Notes under the pieces: model-generated
What the model was told of the DNA's origin: nothing
Databases searched by the model: none
What the model saw: only the letters and a program-made list of their open reading frames with translations
Source of the DNA: the human T2T-CHM13v2.0 reference genome, Homo sapiens
Assembly: GCF_009914755.1 (NCBI RefSeq)
Contig: NC_060927.1
Length of the DNA stretch: 64,000 nt
Strand: one strand, 5' to 3'
Made by a program: the position numbers and the translations under genes
Shown here: positions 38,262-54,656 of the stretch, one piece after another
Numbering within the stretch: position 1 is the stretch's first letter
Layout: every line of letters begins with the position of its first letter

Positions 38262-39512
38262 GTACCCTGCCATGAGTACTTAATTGGTGCTTAGGCAACA
38301 AACCTGCTGTGAATGCACCCCAAACTCCAAAAAGTGACAATTGAGGTACCAAAAATATGTCATAAAGGCATAATACAGAATGTTCATGGGAAGTAAAGAT
38401 AAAATAATATGGCAGTATTTTCTTTTCCAAGAGTCTTTCAAAATGGAACCTCGAAAGGGCAATTTATACAGAAATAAGATGATACATTGTATCATCAGTT
38501 TCTTACTTGTCCATATGTTTTTAGTGGTTCCTCCTGGGAGATGCCTGTTTGAGGGGCTTCTGGGAACTCTGGCCTTTAAACCAGCTGGCTGTTCTTTTCT
38601 ACGTTGCTTGCTTGTTAGGTGTCAAAAGCTAACTTACCTTGAGCATTCAGCTCAGGACAAGCAAACCTCTTGACAGGAATTTACAAAATATTCTAGATAT
38701 GTTTTTATGAAATCTGATCTGGCTTAATGATTTGAAAGTTTTTTATTATGAAGCATTTGACACATATGAAATATTGCCACAAGCATGTAAGTTACCAAGC
38801 ATAATGTTAAAGTGAACTTTCAGGAGGCTTTTAGACAATTTAAAGACCCTGGTATCACCAGTACTATCCGATTTACTGGTGATATTTGGTTCTTTAAATA
38901 TGCTATAAATAGGTAAATAGGATACCTGTCCTCCCTATCCCATATCCCTGGCTCTTCCCCAAAATTAAGCACTAAGTTGAATGTCATTATCATTTTCTTC
39001 CACTTTTAAATCACATATGTATGTGGTTTTGCCTGTTTTTGAGTTTGAAAAACACATATTTAGCTTTCTATGACTTTTAAAACTCAATGTGGTTTATGAA
39101 ATCTACGTTGCATTTCATTTATTTTCACTGCTGTATGATATTTTATAATTTATTCTTTTATCTTCAATAAAAGATGGAATCAAGTCTCTTGATTCCAGCT
39201 GTTTAAATTGAGACTCCCCCCGGCGAGAGATAGGTTGTACATGTGACGTAGTATGTGTATACATACATACTCAAAAATTTGTGTTGGGTTTTTTATTGGA
39301 ATTACATTGCAGTTATAGACCAGTCTGGAGGGATTAACAATTCTTTTTACAATGTTTTACAATATTCAGTCCATACATTAGCATAGTATGTCTCCTCTTT
39401 TTAGATCTTTAATGTCTTGCAATATAATTTTAATAATTTTCATCATAAAAGTCACACATACTTTTTGTTAACTTTATTCCAGTATACCTTATGTTTTTAG
39501 TTTCTCTAATAA

Positions 39513-39864
<352 letters not shown>

Positions 39865-41323
39865 TAGTGTTTGGTGTGTATAGAAATGCAGTTGATTTTT
39901 ATAAGATGCTTTTATAATCAGCCACCTTGCTGTCTTAAAAAATCAAGAATGTGTGTTAAAGTTTTGTTTGATGCTTTTTCCACCATTGTTGAGATAATCT
40001 TGTGCTTTTTCTTCTTTAACATGTTAACACGATAAAGTACTCGATTAAGATTTGCTATTATTTTGTTTAGTGTTTTTCATAAATTTAAAAAATTGAGATC
40101 AATCTGTAATTTCCTTTGTCCTATTCCTTTTTTCTTTTTTTCTTTTTCTTTTTTTTTTGAGACAGGGTCTCGCTCTGTCACCCAGGCCAGAGTACAAGTG
40201 GCAGAATCATGGTTCACTGCAGCCTTGACCTCCTGGGCTTAACAGATCCTCCCACCTCAGCCTCCCTAGTAGCTGAGACTGCAAGTGCACAGCATTATGT
40301 CTGGCTGATTTTTGAATGTTTTTGTAGAGATGAGGTTTAGCCATGTTGTCCAGGCCAGTCTTGAACTCCTGGGCTCAAGCATTTCACCTTGCCTCAGCCT
40401 CCCACTATAGGCGTGAGACACTGCACCTGGCCCTATTCTCTTTGTCTTGTTTTATTATCAATGTTACTTGTTTTCTGAAAGTATTTGTGCCTGGGATGAC
40501 TTATTCTTAGAATACATAGTAGAACTCATCTGAAAAATTATCTGGGTCTTGTGAGATTTTTAACTACAAAACAATATTTTAATAGAGCCATGCAGCCATG
40601 TTATTTCTTCTTGGGTCAGTGTTAGTAAGTTATGTATTTTAGAAAAATTTCAATTTCCTCTTAGTTTTCAAGTATATTGGCATAAAGTTGTTCCTAGTAT
40701 TCACATTTTTACAATCTTTGCCATACTGCCATTCTGTTTCCTTTTTACACAGTTGTTATTGTTTATATGGACTTGCTCTTTAATATTTTCTTTGTTTTCA
40801 GTTTATCCTGGGTTTATCATGCTGTTCTTTTTCCAACTTCTTAAGCTGGATGTTTACTCACGTTGGCATTTCTTTTGTGATATAAGTATTTAATACTATA
40901 AATTTTTACTTCTTAATACTTCTTTAACTTCACACAAGTTTTAATATTTTAATTACGGTGTAGATCCAAATATTTTTCTACTATAATTTTTTTTGACTCA
41001 TGAATTACTTAGAAATGTGATTTTAAATTCCAAAGCGTGTGAGGATTTCTAACTTATTTCTCACATTGATTCTCAATTGCATTGGGATCGAAGAATGTGG
41101 TCTTATGTGACATCTAGTCTTTGAGTTTTTTTTGAGACATAATTTATGGATTAATAACCTTTTTCTTAAGTGTGTCATGTGTGCTTGAGAAGAATATGTA
41201 TCCTTGGTACAAGGTTTTATATTTTTGCTAGTTTTCTTGTCCGTGTAATCTATTGATACTTCAGAGAGATGCACTGATTTCCCACTAAGGTGTTGGTTTT
41301 TCAGTTTCATTGCGATTTTTGTC

Positions 41324-41329
<6 letters not shown>

Positions 41330-41358
<29 letters not shown>
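41330..41358. repeat. (TA)n microsatellite
   Basis: About 14 TA units. Confidence 0.95.
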
Positions 41359-41364
<6 letters not shown>

Positions 41365-41387
41365 GATACATACACATATGGAAACAC

Positions 41388-42156
41388 AACAAGTCCTCAC
41401 TTAACATCCTTATAGGTTCTTGGAAACTGACTTTAAGTGAAACGATGTATAATAAAACCAATTTTACTACAGGCTAATTGATACAAAGAAGAGTTAAGTT
41501 CCTACTGCATATTTCCAGTCATAAAAGCATCACCAAACTTCTCAATAAGAACCCAACACACTTCTAATATTAAACATTGAAATAAATGTCAACTATACAT
41601 TTATTTTAAAAAGAATAATAACAACTAAGATAATTATTTACCCAGGTTTTGGTGGATAAGTGAGTGATGGCAGTCATGGTGTTGGGTTAAATCGGGAATA
41701 AATGTTTGCAAAGTAGAAATTGTCAGGAGCACTTCCTACCACCATACAGTTCAGAAACAAACAATAACAAATATGGCGGGCTCACTGAGTACTTTCATAC
41801 TGCATTGTTTATTGTCCTGTATTTGTATGAGTATCATATACTTTATGACATTTTTTTTTTTTGAGACGGAGTCTCACTCTCTCTCCAAGGCTAGAGTGTA
41901 GTGGTGCGATCTTGGCTTACTTCAACCTCTGCCTCCTGGGTTCAAACGATTCTTGTGCCTCAGCCTCCTGAGCAGCTAGGACTACAGGCTTGTGCCACCA
42001 CACCCAGCTAAATTTTTGTATTTTTATTAGAGATGGGGTTTTGTCATGTTGGCCGGGCTGGTCTTTACACAGACAGTTGCCCCGGGTGGAAATCATTTTA
42101 TTTTCTCAAGTTCACAACAAAATAACACTGAATGAAGTGAAATGGAGGACCTGCTG
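41388..42156. mobile_element. MER6-like Tigger element interrupted by a truncated Alu
   Basis: AAGTCCTCACTTAACATC...GGTTCTTGGAAACTG at left, GAGGACCTGCTG at right. Confidence 0.65.
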
Positions 42157-42288
42157 TGGACTCCTTTATTAGGTATATATACAAGTGTAGAATTAGTATA
42201 TATCTTCCTTTTATTTTCACCTATAATTATTTATTGATTCTGTACTTTCCTATCAACACATTTTGCTTTACAAATCTGTTTTGTCTGA

Positions 42289-42581
<293 letters not shown>

Positions 42582-43301
42582 TGATCTGCCTGCCTCGGCC
42601 TCCCAAAGTGCTGGGATTACAGGCGCGAGCCACTGGGCCCGGCCCCTTCTGTTTCTTAATGTTTTAGGTGTTTATTGTAAACCACATAGCTATACTTTGC
42701 TCGTTTTTTTAACTGCTCATGACAGTACCTTACCTAATTTATTTACATTACTATATGATTGTTGATATTCTTAGACTGGTTTCTACCATCTTTCTTAGTG
42801 TGTTTTGCCTGTTTCATCTAATACTTCCTTCTCTTTTCTTGCCTTTTTGTTTTTGATCCAGTATGCAGCATGATTTATTGAAAAAAACTCTTTTTCCTAT
42901 TACATTGCCTTTGCATCTTTGGTGAATTGACTGTACACATATGGGTTTATATCTAACTGTATTCTGTTCTGTTGATCTATATGTTTCTTTTCATCAATAT
43001 TAAATGGTCTTGATTATTATATAACTTGTTGCTAAGTAGTGTCTTTAGATCAGGTAGGGTAAGTCCTCCAACACTGTTCTTTTTAACAATTATTTTGGTT
43101 ATTCATTGTCCTTTGCATTTTCATTTACATAGAACCAGTTTGTCAATTTCTACAAAATAGGCTGCTGGGATTTTGAGTGGGGTTGTGTTGAATCTATCAA
43201 TTATTTTTGGTAGAACTGGCATCTTAACAATATTGAGTCTCCCAATCTATGAACACTCACCAGGTATTTTTGTTTTTGATTTTTTATTTTGATTTTTGTA
43301 G

Positions 43302-43755
<454 letters not shown>

Positions 43756-44085
43756 TAGCTGTATGAATGTATCAGATGTATTTAATATGTAATATACAGT
43801 ATTTAATGTTATAAAAAGAAAGCATAAAGTACTATCCAAGAAACATAACAGATACAAATAGCTGGGCGCAGTGGCTTACTCCTGTAATCCCAGCCTCTTT
43901 GGGAGGCCAAGGTGGCGGATCACTTGAGGTCAGGAGTTCAAGACCAGCCTGGCCAACATGATGAAACCCTGTCTCTATTAAAAATACAAAAAAATTAGGC
44001 ATGGTGATGCATGCCTGTACTCCCACCTACTCTGGAGGCTGAGGTGGGAGGATCATTTGAGCCTGGGAGGCAGAGATTTCAGTGA

Positions 44086-44417
<332 letters not shown>

Positions 44418-45571
44418 TAGCCAGACTGGTCTCGGTCTCCTGACCTCATGATCCACCCACCTGGGCCTCCCAAAGTGCTGGAATTACAGGCGTGAGCCAC
44501 CGTGCCCTGCCAACAGCTATGATTTATTGAGTGAAGGTGCCAAGCACTGTGCTAACTTCTTTTGTATACATTATTTTACTTAATTTTCAATATGCCCTTT
44601 GAGATAAAGACACTAATTTCCCCATTTTACCCTATATATACTGTTACCCTCCTACCCAAAATGTGGTCCTCAGAACATCAGCATCACCTGAGAGCTTGTT
44701 AGAAATGCAAAATCTCAGGCCCCACCTCACACTGAATCTGAATCTGAATTTTAACAACATCTGTAGATGATTCATATGCACCTAAAACTTATATGTTCTG
44801 TTCTATGGGATAGGTACCCATATTCCCATTTTACAAATATGAAGGCTGAGGCTTGAAAAGGTTCAGCTGGCCCCAGACCTTGCCTAGTAAATAGTGGAGC
44901 CATGGTTTGAACTCATATGCATCTGATTCCAGAGCCTGCATTCTGAACTTTCATGTATCCTGCTTGCCATAGGGAATAGAAGGGAAAAAATACTTTGTAG
45001 ACCAAAAGCTTACAAAACTTTGGGCTTAAAGATAATTTACAGATTTTTCCTGTCCAACATTCTCATTTTCTAGGTAAAGAAATGGGTTCAGAGAGGTTTT
45101 GTGATTTACATTAGGTTAACACAAATAAAGCGTGGCAAAACCAGTTCTAGATCCTATGCGCTCTGATTTCCTGTTTGTTCTGTTTCTGTAATGTGGAAAG
45201 GGAACACAAAGGAAAGGAAAATAACTTCAGCTTATTCCTTAATGGACCAGTAATCTTTCTCACCACCCTTTACAAATTTCCTACTGATTTTGGTGGCTGT
45301 TGTGTACCATTTGGAACTTGGGATAATATAATTTATCTTATAAAGCTAGATAACAATGGAAGGCAATAGATACTCCTCACCCCTGTTCTAAATAGAAAAT
45401 ATGCTTTATGTAAATATATTTCTTTTTCCCTATGAAAGTAGATAATTAGCTGTATGTTAGTATTTTTCATAATAAAATGAGTGATTCTCAAGTGCTTATT
45501 TTACATTTTAAGTGTACCTATTCTTGTTCCTTTTTTTTTCTCTTTTCCTTTTTTTTTTTTTTTTAAGATAG

Positions 45572-45706
<135 letters not shown>

Positions 45707-45882
45707 TAGCAAATTATTATTTTTTGTAGAGGTGAGGTCTCACACTGTGTAGGTCAGGCTGGTCTTGAATTCCTATCCACAAGTGATCCTCCAGACATGG
45801 CCTCCCAAACTGCTAGGATTACAGGCATAAGCCACTGTAACTGGTCCTCTCATTTCTTTTAATATGTTTTCCTTTTGCATAG

Positions 45883-46092
45883 GTGTTGTCTGGAGGATGG
45901 AGGAATAGACGTGTGGCATCAACATCAATGAACAGAGAATCGTCTAGGTCTCATGCCGTCTTTACAATTACAATAGAGTCAATGGAGAAAAGTAATGAGA
46001 TTGTGAATATACGGACCTCCCTACTCAACCTGGTGGATTTAGCAGGATCTGAAAGGCAAAAAGATACCCATGCAGAAGGGATGAGATTGAAG
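45883..46092 (+). CDS. KIF15: KIF15 exon 8, switch I (NRESSRSH) and switch II (DLAGSER)
   Basis: Canonical kinesin motifs; TAG acceptor, AAG|GTAAGA donor; 210 nt. Confidence 0.97.
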
Positions 46093-46147
46093 GTAAGAAT
46101 GAAATTATGGTCTTCAACTTGTGTGTGAGTTCTTACTAGCAGTCAAT

Positions 46148-46716
<569 letters not shown>

Positions 46717-47495
46717 CTATTGAAAAGGAACAGAGATTTCTTTTGTGGAACAGTGAACATAGATGGGATAGGGCAAGTCTGTCAGTAGCAAAAATGTTTT
46801 AATTCATACCAGAGGGGATAAGGGTACAAGAGACAACAGGGGTCAGAGGAAGAAGGGTGCAATATGGACTGCTTGTGGAACATGTGGAAAAGAAGTAGTT
46901 CTTGACTTGTGAAGGATTTCGGTAGGGAGAGAGAAACAGGAAATGCATGCCTGGCAGGGGGGCATCTCAAGGGTTATTGTGGATGCAGAATGAGTGTAGC
47001 ATTTGGCATTTCAGCATGGCTCAATGGATGGGTTGGTTAGAGAGGCAAGCAGGCCCGGATTATCAAGGACCAGGAGTGCCAGGCCAAGTTTGTATCAACT
47101 CTGCGAATACTGGGAAACACTTAACATTTCTTAGCAACTAAGTGATTCATGAAGAAAGCCTGTTTTATAGAAACTTAGTCATCTGACCCACTGCTGTTAA
47201 GATTTTAGAAGGGAGAGCCCACAGAAAAAGATGACCACTTACGCTGTTTAATATTTCAGGTATGAAGGGTTAAGTATCTAGTCCTAGGCTAAGGTATCAA
47301 CAGTGGGACCAGAGGTTCTATGTAATATGTATTGTCAATATGTGTTTATATATATATATATAGTAATACGAATTGTCAATAAAATATTTGTAGAGTCTAT
47401 AGTTTAGAATATACATGGGCAAGGGGAGAGGAATTGGAAAGGATGAGGGAAGAGATCTACTTTTTTCATTAAAAGTGAGGATTTGAGTCGCCTGA

Positions 47496-47657
<162 letters not shown>

Positions 47658-47692
47658 TGAGATTACAGGCGCCCACCACCACACCCAGCTAA

Positions 47693-47851
<159 letters not shown>

Positions 47852-47860
47852 TGAGGCTTA

Positions 47861-48037
<177 letters not shown>

Positions 48038-48743
48038 TTATAATAGGACATATACCAAGTCTGTTCTAAAATGCTTTACATATATTAATTCATTTAACCT
48101 TCCCAACAACTCTGGGAAGTAGGTGCTATTCTTTCTATTTTACAGTTAAAGAAACCGAAGTCACACAGCTAATAAAGGTAGAGCTGAGATTCAAACCGAG
48201 CTGCTACAGTACTCTCAACCATGCCACTAACCACCTTTCTGATTTACTGAATGATAACAGCAGTGACTCTGAATTCAGTACATCTTGCATTATAATTTTG
48301 ACTTTTTCTCTTTTTTGTATACTCCTTCCACTGCAGACCCAGTTTTCAAAATATGCTACCTACAGTAAAAATCTAATGTAACGTATTTAGCTCATTTTTT
48401 CCCCCCACCAAGCTTCTGTTTTAAAGTAGTTTTTATTATCCTTTACAGAATTAAACTGAATATTCTCCTCAAATAAGTTCATCAGTGGCTTTGGGGGCTG
48501 TATGGGTGAGTTATTAGGCATTATACCCTTAAATATTTTAGCATAAAAGGATTGAAAAAAGTACCTATTAATGCACTACTCTAGCTTTTTTTTCCCTATT
48601 TTTTTCTGGTCTTTATAGCTCGGTTTCAAACTATTACAATCATGAAGTGACATTAATATTTTTTTTCTTTGCATGATTTTTGTGTTTGTCTTTTTTTGTT
48701 GTTGTTTTTGAGAGAGGGTCTCACTCTGTCACCCAGGTTGTAG

Positions 48744-48968
<225 letters not shown>

Positions 48969-49214
48969 TAGCATGAGCCACAGTGCCAGCCTGTGTTTGT
49001 CTTCTAATACTAAAATTACAGTGTACATCAAATAGGAAAAGGTTAGGGATAGTTCAGCACTTCTTTTTTATTTGTTGAATAGTTGTTCTTTATTAACATT
49101 GTCCCTGACTTGCCTTTTCATCCAGAATTTTCCTCTGCTAGATATATTTTCATTCAAAATACCAAAGAGTAACCAACGTACCTAAATTTTTGTTCTTTTC
49201 CGTCAACACTTTAG

Positions 49215-49340
49215 GAAGCAGGTAACATAAATCGATCATTGAGCTGCCTGGGCCAAGTGATTACAGCACTTGTCGACGTGGGTAATGGAAAACAGAGACA
49301 TGTTTGCTACAGAGACTCCAAACTTACCTTCTTACTACGG
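49215..49340 (+). CDS. KIF15: KIF15 exon 9 ([16 protein letters not shown]...[14 protein letters not shown])
   Basis: INxSL and YRDSKLT motifs; TAG acceptor, CGG|GTAAAG donor; 126 nt. Confidence 0.96.
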
Positions 49341-49497
49341 GTAAAGTAGATCCTTGGGTTCCTGGGCTCCTTTTGGTTATGCTAAAGTTGATAGTGGGAC
49401 AGTCTCTCAGCCTTGGTGGCAAGAGTATACATTTTCTTTGCTTAAAAAGGTCTTGTGATTTCTCACCGAAAATATGTTCATTCCTATCATTAAACAG

Positions 49498-49620
49498 GAT
49501 TCCCTTGGAGGTAATGCCAAAACAGCCATAATTGCAAATGTTCATCCTGGATCCAGGTGTTTTGGGGAAACCCTATCAACACTTAACTTTGCTCAAAGAG
49601 CCAAGCTGATTAAAAACAAG
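49498..49620 (+). CDS. KIF15: KIF15 exon 10 (DSLGGNAKT...[18 protein letters not shown])
   Basis: End of the motor domain; CAG acceptor, AAG|GTAAAA donor; 123 nt. Confidence 0.96.
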
Positions 49621-49824
49621 GTAAAATACTGGCGTATACTTCATTAAATAAATGAGAAAAATACTAAAGCTTACAGTATGCCATTTTTGTGATTGCCCTA
49701 ATATTAACATTAACTTTTATTTATTTCTCATTGTATGCAAAATTTCTATTTTATCTTTCCTACCCTTCTATATCACACATGTAATTAGAGACCTAGGTTA
49801 GATCTTATGGTTGTTATTGCTTGA

Positions 49825-50007
<183 letters not shown>

Positions 50008-51978
50008 TAATTTTTATTTTATTTATTTTTTATTTATTTATTTTTTTGAGACAGAGTCTTGCTCTGTCACCCAGGCTAGAGTGCAGTGGTGCGATCTCTG
50101 CTCAGCTGGGACTACAGGCGCCCACCACCACGCCCGGCTAATTTTTTGTATTTTTTAGTAGAGACGGGATTTCACCGTGTTAGCCAGGATGATCTCGATC
50201 TCCTGACCTCGTGATCCGTCTGCCTTGGCCTTAATTTTTTTATTTTTTGTACAGGTAGGATCTCACTTTGTTGCCCAGGCTCGTCTCAAACTCCTAGGTT
50301 CAAGCAGTCCTCCTGCCTCATCCTTTCAAAGTGCTGGAATTACAGGTGTGAACCACTGTACCCAGCTGACAAATTTTTTCTTAAGGGAAAGCAAATTAAG
50401 TATGTGAGTCTTTCTTCCTGCCAACAGCCAATCAATCAGTTCTGCAGCAGACATCAGCTGAGTGTCTTCTGATTCAGTTCCATCCTGACACTTTATGTCT
50501 GGAGATAGGGTGAGATCTCACAGGTTCAGGGCTCAGTCCTACAAGACTGCGCCCAACTTCTGATGCCAATTGCAAGCCCCAGCTTGTCCTATCTGTGCTT
50601 TCAGACCAACTGGCTGTAAATCAGGAGGTCCATGTTGCCCCTTTCCCTGGGTAAATCAGAAGACTATAGATCTAGTCATTTATTTTATTTCCTTGGACTA
50701 TGGAGTACTAGTAAGATGAGGAGGAAAAATCATTAGAGCTTCCTGACCCTAAGTCTCTTAAGATTTACTAGAAGTCTTTGGAGATTATAGAACTGCAGCA
50801 ATAATTAGAATTATGAAGTCACTGATGGGACAGTGATGTCAGAAGTGCAGTAGTACCTTGTAATGAGGCTGGCCATAAGAATCAGAAGCAACTGGAAATG
50901 GCTGCTTAACACACAAAAGAACAAAACCAAGAGCCTTCTACTAGTCACTCTCAATGGTAAGCCCTTTGCAGCCTATCAGTGGAAAGTGCCAGAGTATCTG
51001 GGACTTGTTTAAGGATGTGCTATTTAAATTTTTCCGTGAGCAAATTGGGCTTACAGCGAGAATACAGAAGACCTTGGGGCTGTCACAGGGTGTTTTTTCC
51101 TTGCTGGAGTACTGAGTATTTCACAACTGAGTCCTCTGACCTGGTTGGTACTCAGCTGTTGGCACTCGTTATCACCCTTTAGGCTTTGTGGACCTTTTTA
51201 AAGCTTTATTTTTTTAATTAATCAACTTTTTTTTTTTTTTTGAGATAGAGTCTCGCTCTGTCAACAGGCTGGAGTGCAGTGGCGCACATGTGTGACCTGC
51301 CCCACTCTTGACATCCTGCCCCACAGTGGCACATTTTGTTTGTGAGTCCTTTAGCCTTTTAGAAGTTGTCCTAAATAAGACATTTCTTTAAGAAAATGAA
51401 GATAATCATTTAGTGTGGTAAAAAATTAAAAAAAAAAAAAAAAAGGAAGTGTCAAACCAACCCCTCCTTCCAAGAGGGCTGTTAAAAAATAAAGGTCGGA
51501 TTCCTCTGGAGAAGGTTGCTTCTGCCAAGCTCAAGCCCACCCTGCAAGTCATCATGCACTTAGAGGCTAGGCTCCTTCCCCGTAGGGAGCTAGGAAAGAA
51601 GGGAAATGATACTCACTGAGGTATTGGCTCTTCTCCATTGGGAGGGTGGGGGAAGGCTGTCGTTCTCAGGGAAAGAAGTATTAGGTGAACACACCCGGAT
51701 CCTAAGGGTGACCCAGCCTAAAAGCTCAGGGCTAGTCAGCTGGGGGGCAGAGAGCCTGGCTGGGGCTGTCTCTCTCTGGCTCCAGGTCTGAAGGCACAAG
51801 AAAAGGAAGCTTCCTCCCCACTTGAGCACACTGTGATTCCTGTGTCCTTTTGACTATGATGTGGTCTTGAAGTTTTGTTTGATGTTCATCACTACAAATC
51901 ATACCAAACAAATGTAAACACAGGACTATACTACTCAAAAAGCATTATTTTAATGCTTTTTAAAAAATTCCTGAACAG

Positions 51979-52102
51979 GCAGTAGTAAATGAAGACACCC
52001 AAGGAAATGTGAGCCAGCTCCAAGCTGAAGTGAAGAGGCTCAAAGAACAACTGGCGGAGCTTGCTTCAGGACAGACACCACCAGAAAGCTTCCTGACCAG
52101 AG
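51979..52102 (+). CDS. KIF15: KIF15 exon 11, neck linker and neck coil (AVVNEDTQGNVSQLQAEVKRLKEQL...)
   Basis: CAG acceptor, GAG|GTAGGA donor; 124 nt. Confidence 0.94.
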
Positions 52103-52654
52103 GTAGGATGAGCACACAGTCCTTTATCTTGGGGAAGACTGTACAAATAATAGTTTAAGAGCCCTTGGTGATAGACACAACACAATAAGGCAACCCAAAT
52201 TTTTCTGCAGGTATCTCTTTCTGCTTATTTCTCCTATATAGGAACATAGTGGTTTGTTTATAATCAGATACAGATACCATAGGCAGTGAGAAGGGGGAAT
52301 TAAAATAATTTTGAATAATGTATAAGTGCTAAAAAGAGATTAATTTCATTTAGATCTACTTCTACGTAGCATATGTAATCTATATATGTTTACTATAGGA
52401 TAAGAGAGACTTATTTTTCTTCAAAGAATAGCTAGTAGAGAATTAATTAACTGGAAATCCATAAAGGCAAGAGGGTGAATTATTAACAGATCTTAAGAGG
52501 TGCACAGCACCCTGGGACTCCTCTAATTTTTTAAAAAATCTACTTCTACTTCTGTTACACCATGTGTAATCTATTGTGCATATTAACTAAATAAAGAGAA
52601 ACTTATTCTTTGAAGAACGACTAATATGTGGAATGGTTAATTTGAAATCCGTGA

Positions 52655-53011
<357 letters not shown>

Positions 53012-53114
53012 TAGATTAGTTGAGAGCAATCAATTAAAGGCTATCTGTTCTCTTGGTTTTGCAATGTGATAAATATTTTTTTTCATCTTCCCTTTCTTAT
53101 TGGATCAATTACAG

Positions 53115-53191
53115 ACAAAAAGAAGACTAACTATATGGAGTATTTCCAGGAAGCAATGTTATTCTTTAAGAAATCTGAACAGGAAAAGAAG
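53115..53191 (+). CDS. KIF15: KIF15 exon 12 (DKKKTNYMEYFQEAMLFFKKSEQEKK)
   Basis: CAG acceptor, AAG|GTAGGA donor; 77 nt restores phase 0. Confidence 0.92.
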
Positions 53192-53429
53192 GTAGGAAAT
53201 GGAATTAGTAATAAAGGAGATTCAAGATAGTTAGTTTTTTGCTGTGTGGTTTTTATTGCCTTACTAAGTGAAATAAATAATACCAAGTCAATAAAGTAAT
53301 GGAAGGCTATGAAAAATCAAATTTTGCCTTTAAGATTAAATATGAAATTAGTATTTGTTGCTGGACTTACGAAAATTTAGGGAAGTCAAATTATTTTTCA
53401 TGTTTAACCAAATTATGAATTTCTTTAAG

Positions 53430-53639
53430 TCTCTGATAGAAAAAGTTACCCAATTAGAAGACCTCACCCTCAAAAAGGAAAAATTTATTCAATCTAATAA
53501 AATGATTGTGAAATTCCGAGAGGATCAAATAATACGCTTGGAAAAGCTCCACAAGGAATCCCGGGGAGGTTTTCTGCCTGAGGAGCAGGATCGTTTGCTC
53601 TCAGAATTAAGGAATGAGATTCAAACTCTGCGAGAACAA
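53430..53639 (+). CDS. KIF15: KIF15 exon 13 (SLIEKVTQLEDL...IQTLREQ)
   Basis: Less common AAG acceptor, CAA|GTGAGT donor; 210 nt, coiled-coil-like. Confidence 0.92.
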
Positions 53640-54478
53640 GTGAGTATACGGCATCTATAATATTTCTAAAAATAAAAGAAGTTCAAAGCAAATCTAAGTT
53701 TGTCAGCAAGTACTTGTTCTTTAATACAATGGAAATTGTTTTAAGTGAATTCTTCTGACAGTGTGATTGCATAATTCCTTTACCTGTCTTTTTAAAATAG
53801 TTAAAGGGAAGAGAAGGGGAGAAGGAAGAAGTTGTGGTGACATTGCTACATAGTATGCTACTCTAGCAGGCCACGCAGAATTTCACCCAGTGGGCAGTTG
53901 TGGTTATCTGAGTCAGTAGGCTCTTTAGGGTTGTGCCTTTTAACGTTTTTGTTGTTTTTCCTTTTCCTTAGGGAGAATGGATAGGTCATACAGGTACATT
54001 GTGGGAAAACCCAAAATCTCTTATCAGCTTCTTGTTTATCTCTCTGGAGTTTTTAATGAATATTCAAACTAATATGGGTGGATATTTGTACTTTTGTTTC
54101 TCCTGTACACTTTTTTGCACTTCGCCTTTTTCAGTTAATCTTGGTTGACAAGATTAATTTGGTCCTTGTTCTTTTCAGTGTGTTGATTTAACTAGTCTCC
54201 TTTGCATGAAAAGCCTGCCACAATGTACACCCTTGTGCTTACCTCCTTAGGTGGGTGAACATTTCAAGGGTCTAGACTCCAACTGAGAATAGGAGAGTTA
54301 CAGGACATGCATATTTTCAAACTGATCACAAATGCCAAGTTGCTTTCCATGGTGGTTGCAGAAGGGTACCACCAGTAGTGCATGTGCATACCTAGTTTTC
54401 TAATGGCTTTTTAGAGGAACTAATTCACTAAGGAAATGTTTGTAAATATATAATGCGTGTAATTCTTCTATGTCACAG

Positions 54479-54656
54479 ATAGAGCACCACCCCAGAGTTG
54501 CAAAGTATGCTATGGAAAATCATTCCCTCAGGGAGGAGAATAGAAGACTGAGATTATTAGAGCCTGTGAAAAGAGCTCAAGAAATGGATGCCCAGACCAT
54601 TGCAAAACTAGAAAAAGCTTTCTCTGAAATAAGTGGCATGGAGAAAAGTGACAAAA
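54479..54656 (+). CDS. KIF15: KIF15 exon 14 (IEHHPRVAKYAMENHSLREE...MEKSDK)
   Basis: CAG acceptor, AAA|GTAAGA donor; 178 nt. Confidence 0.94.
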
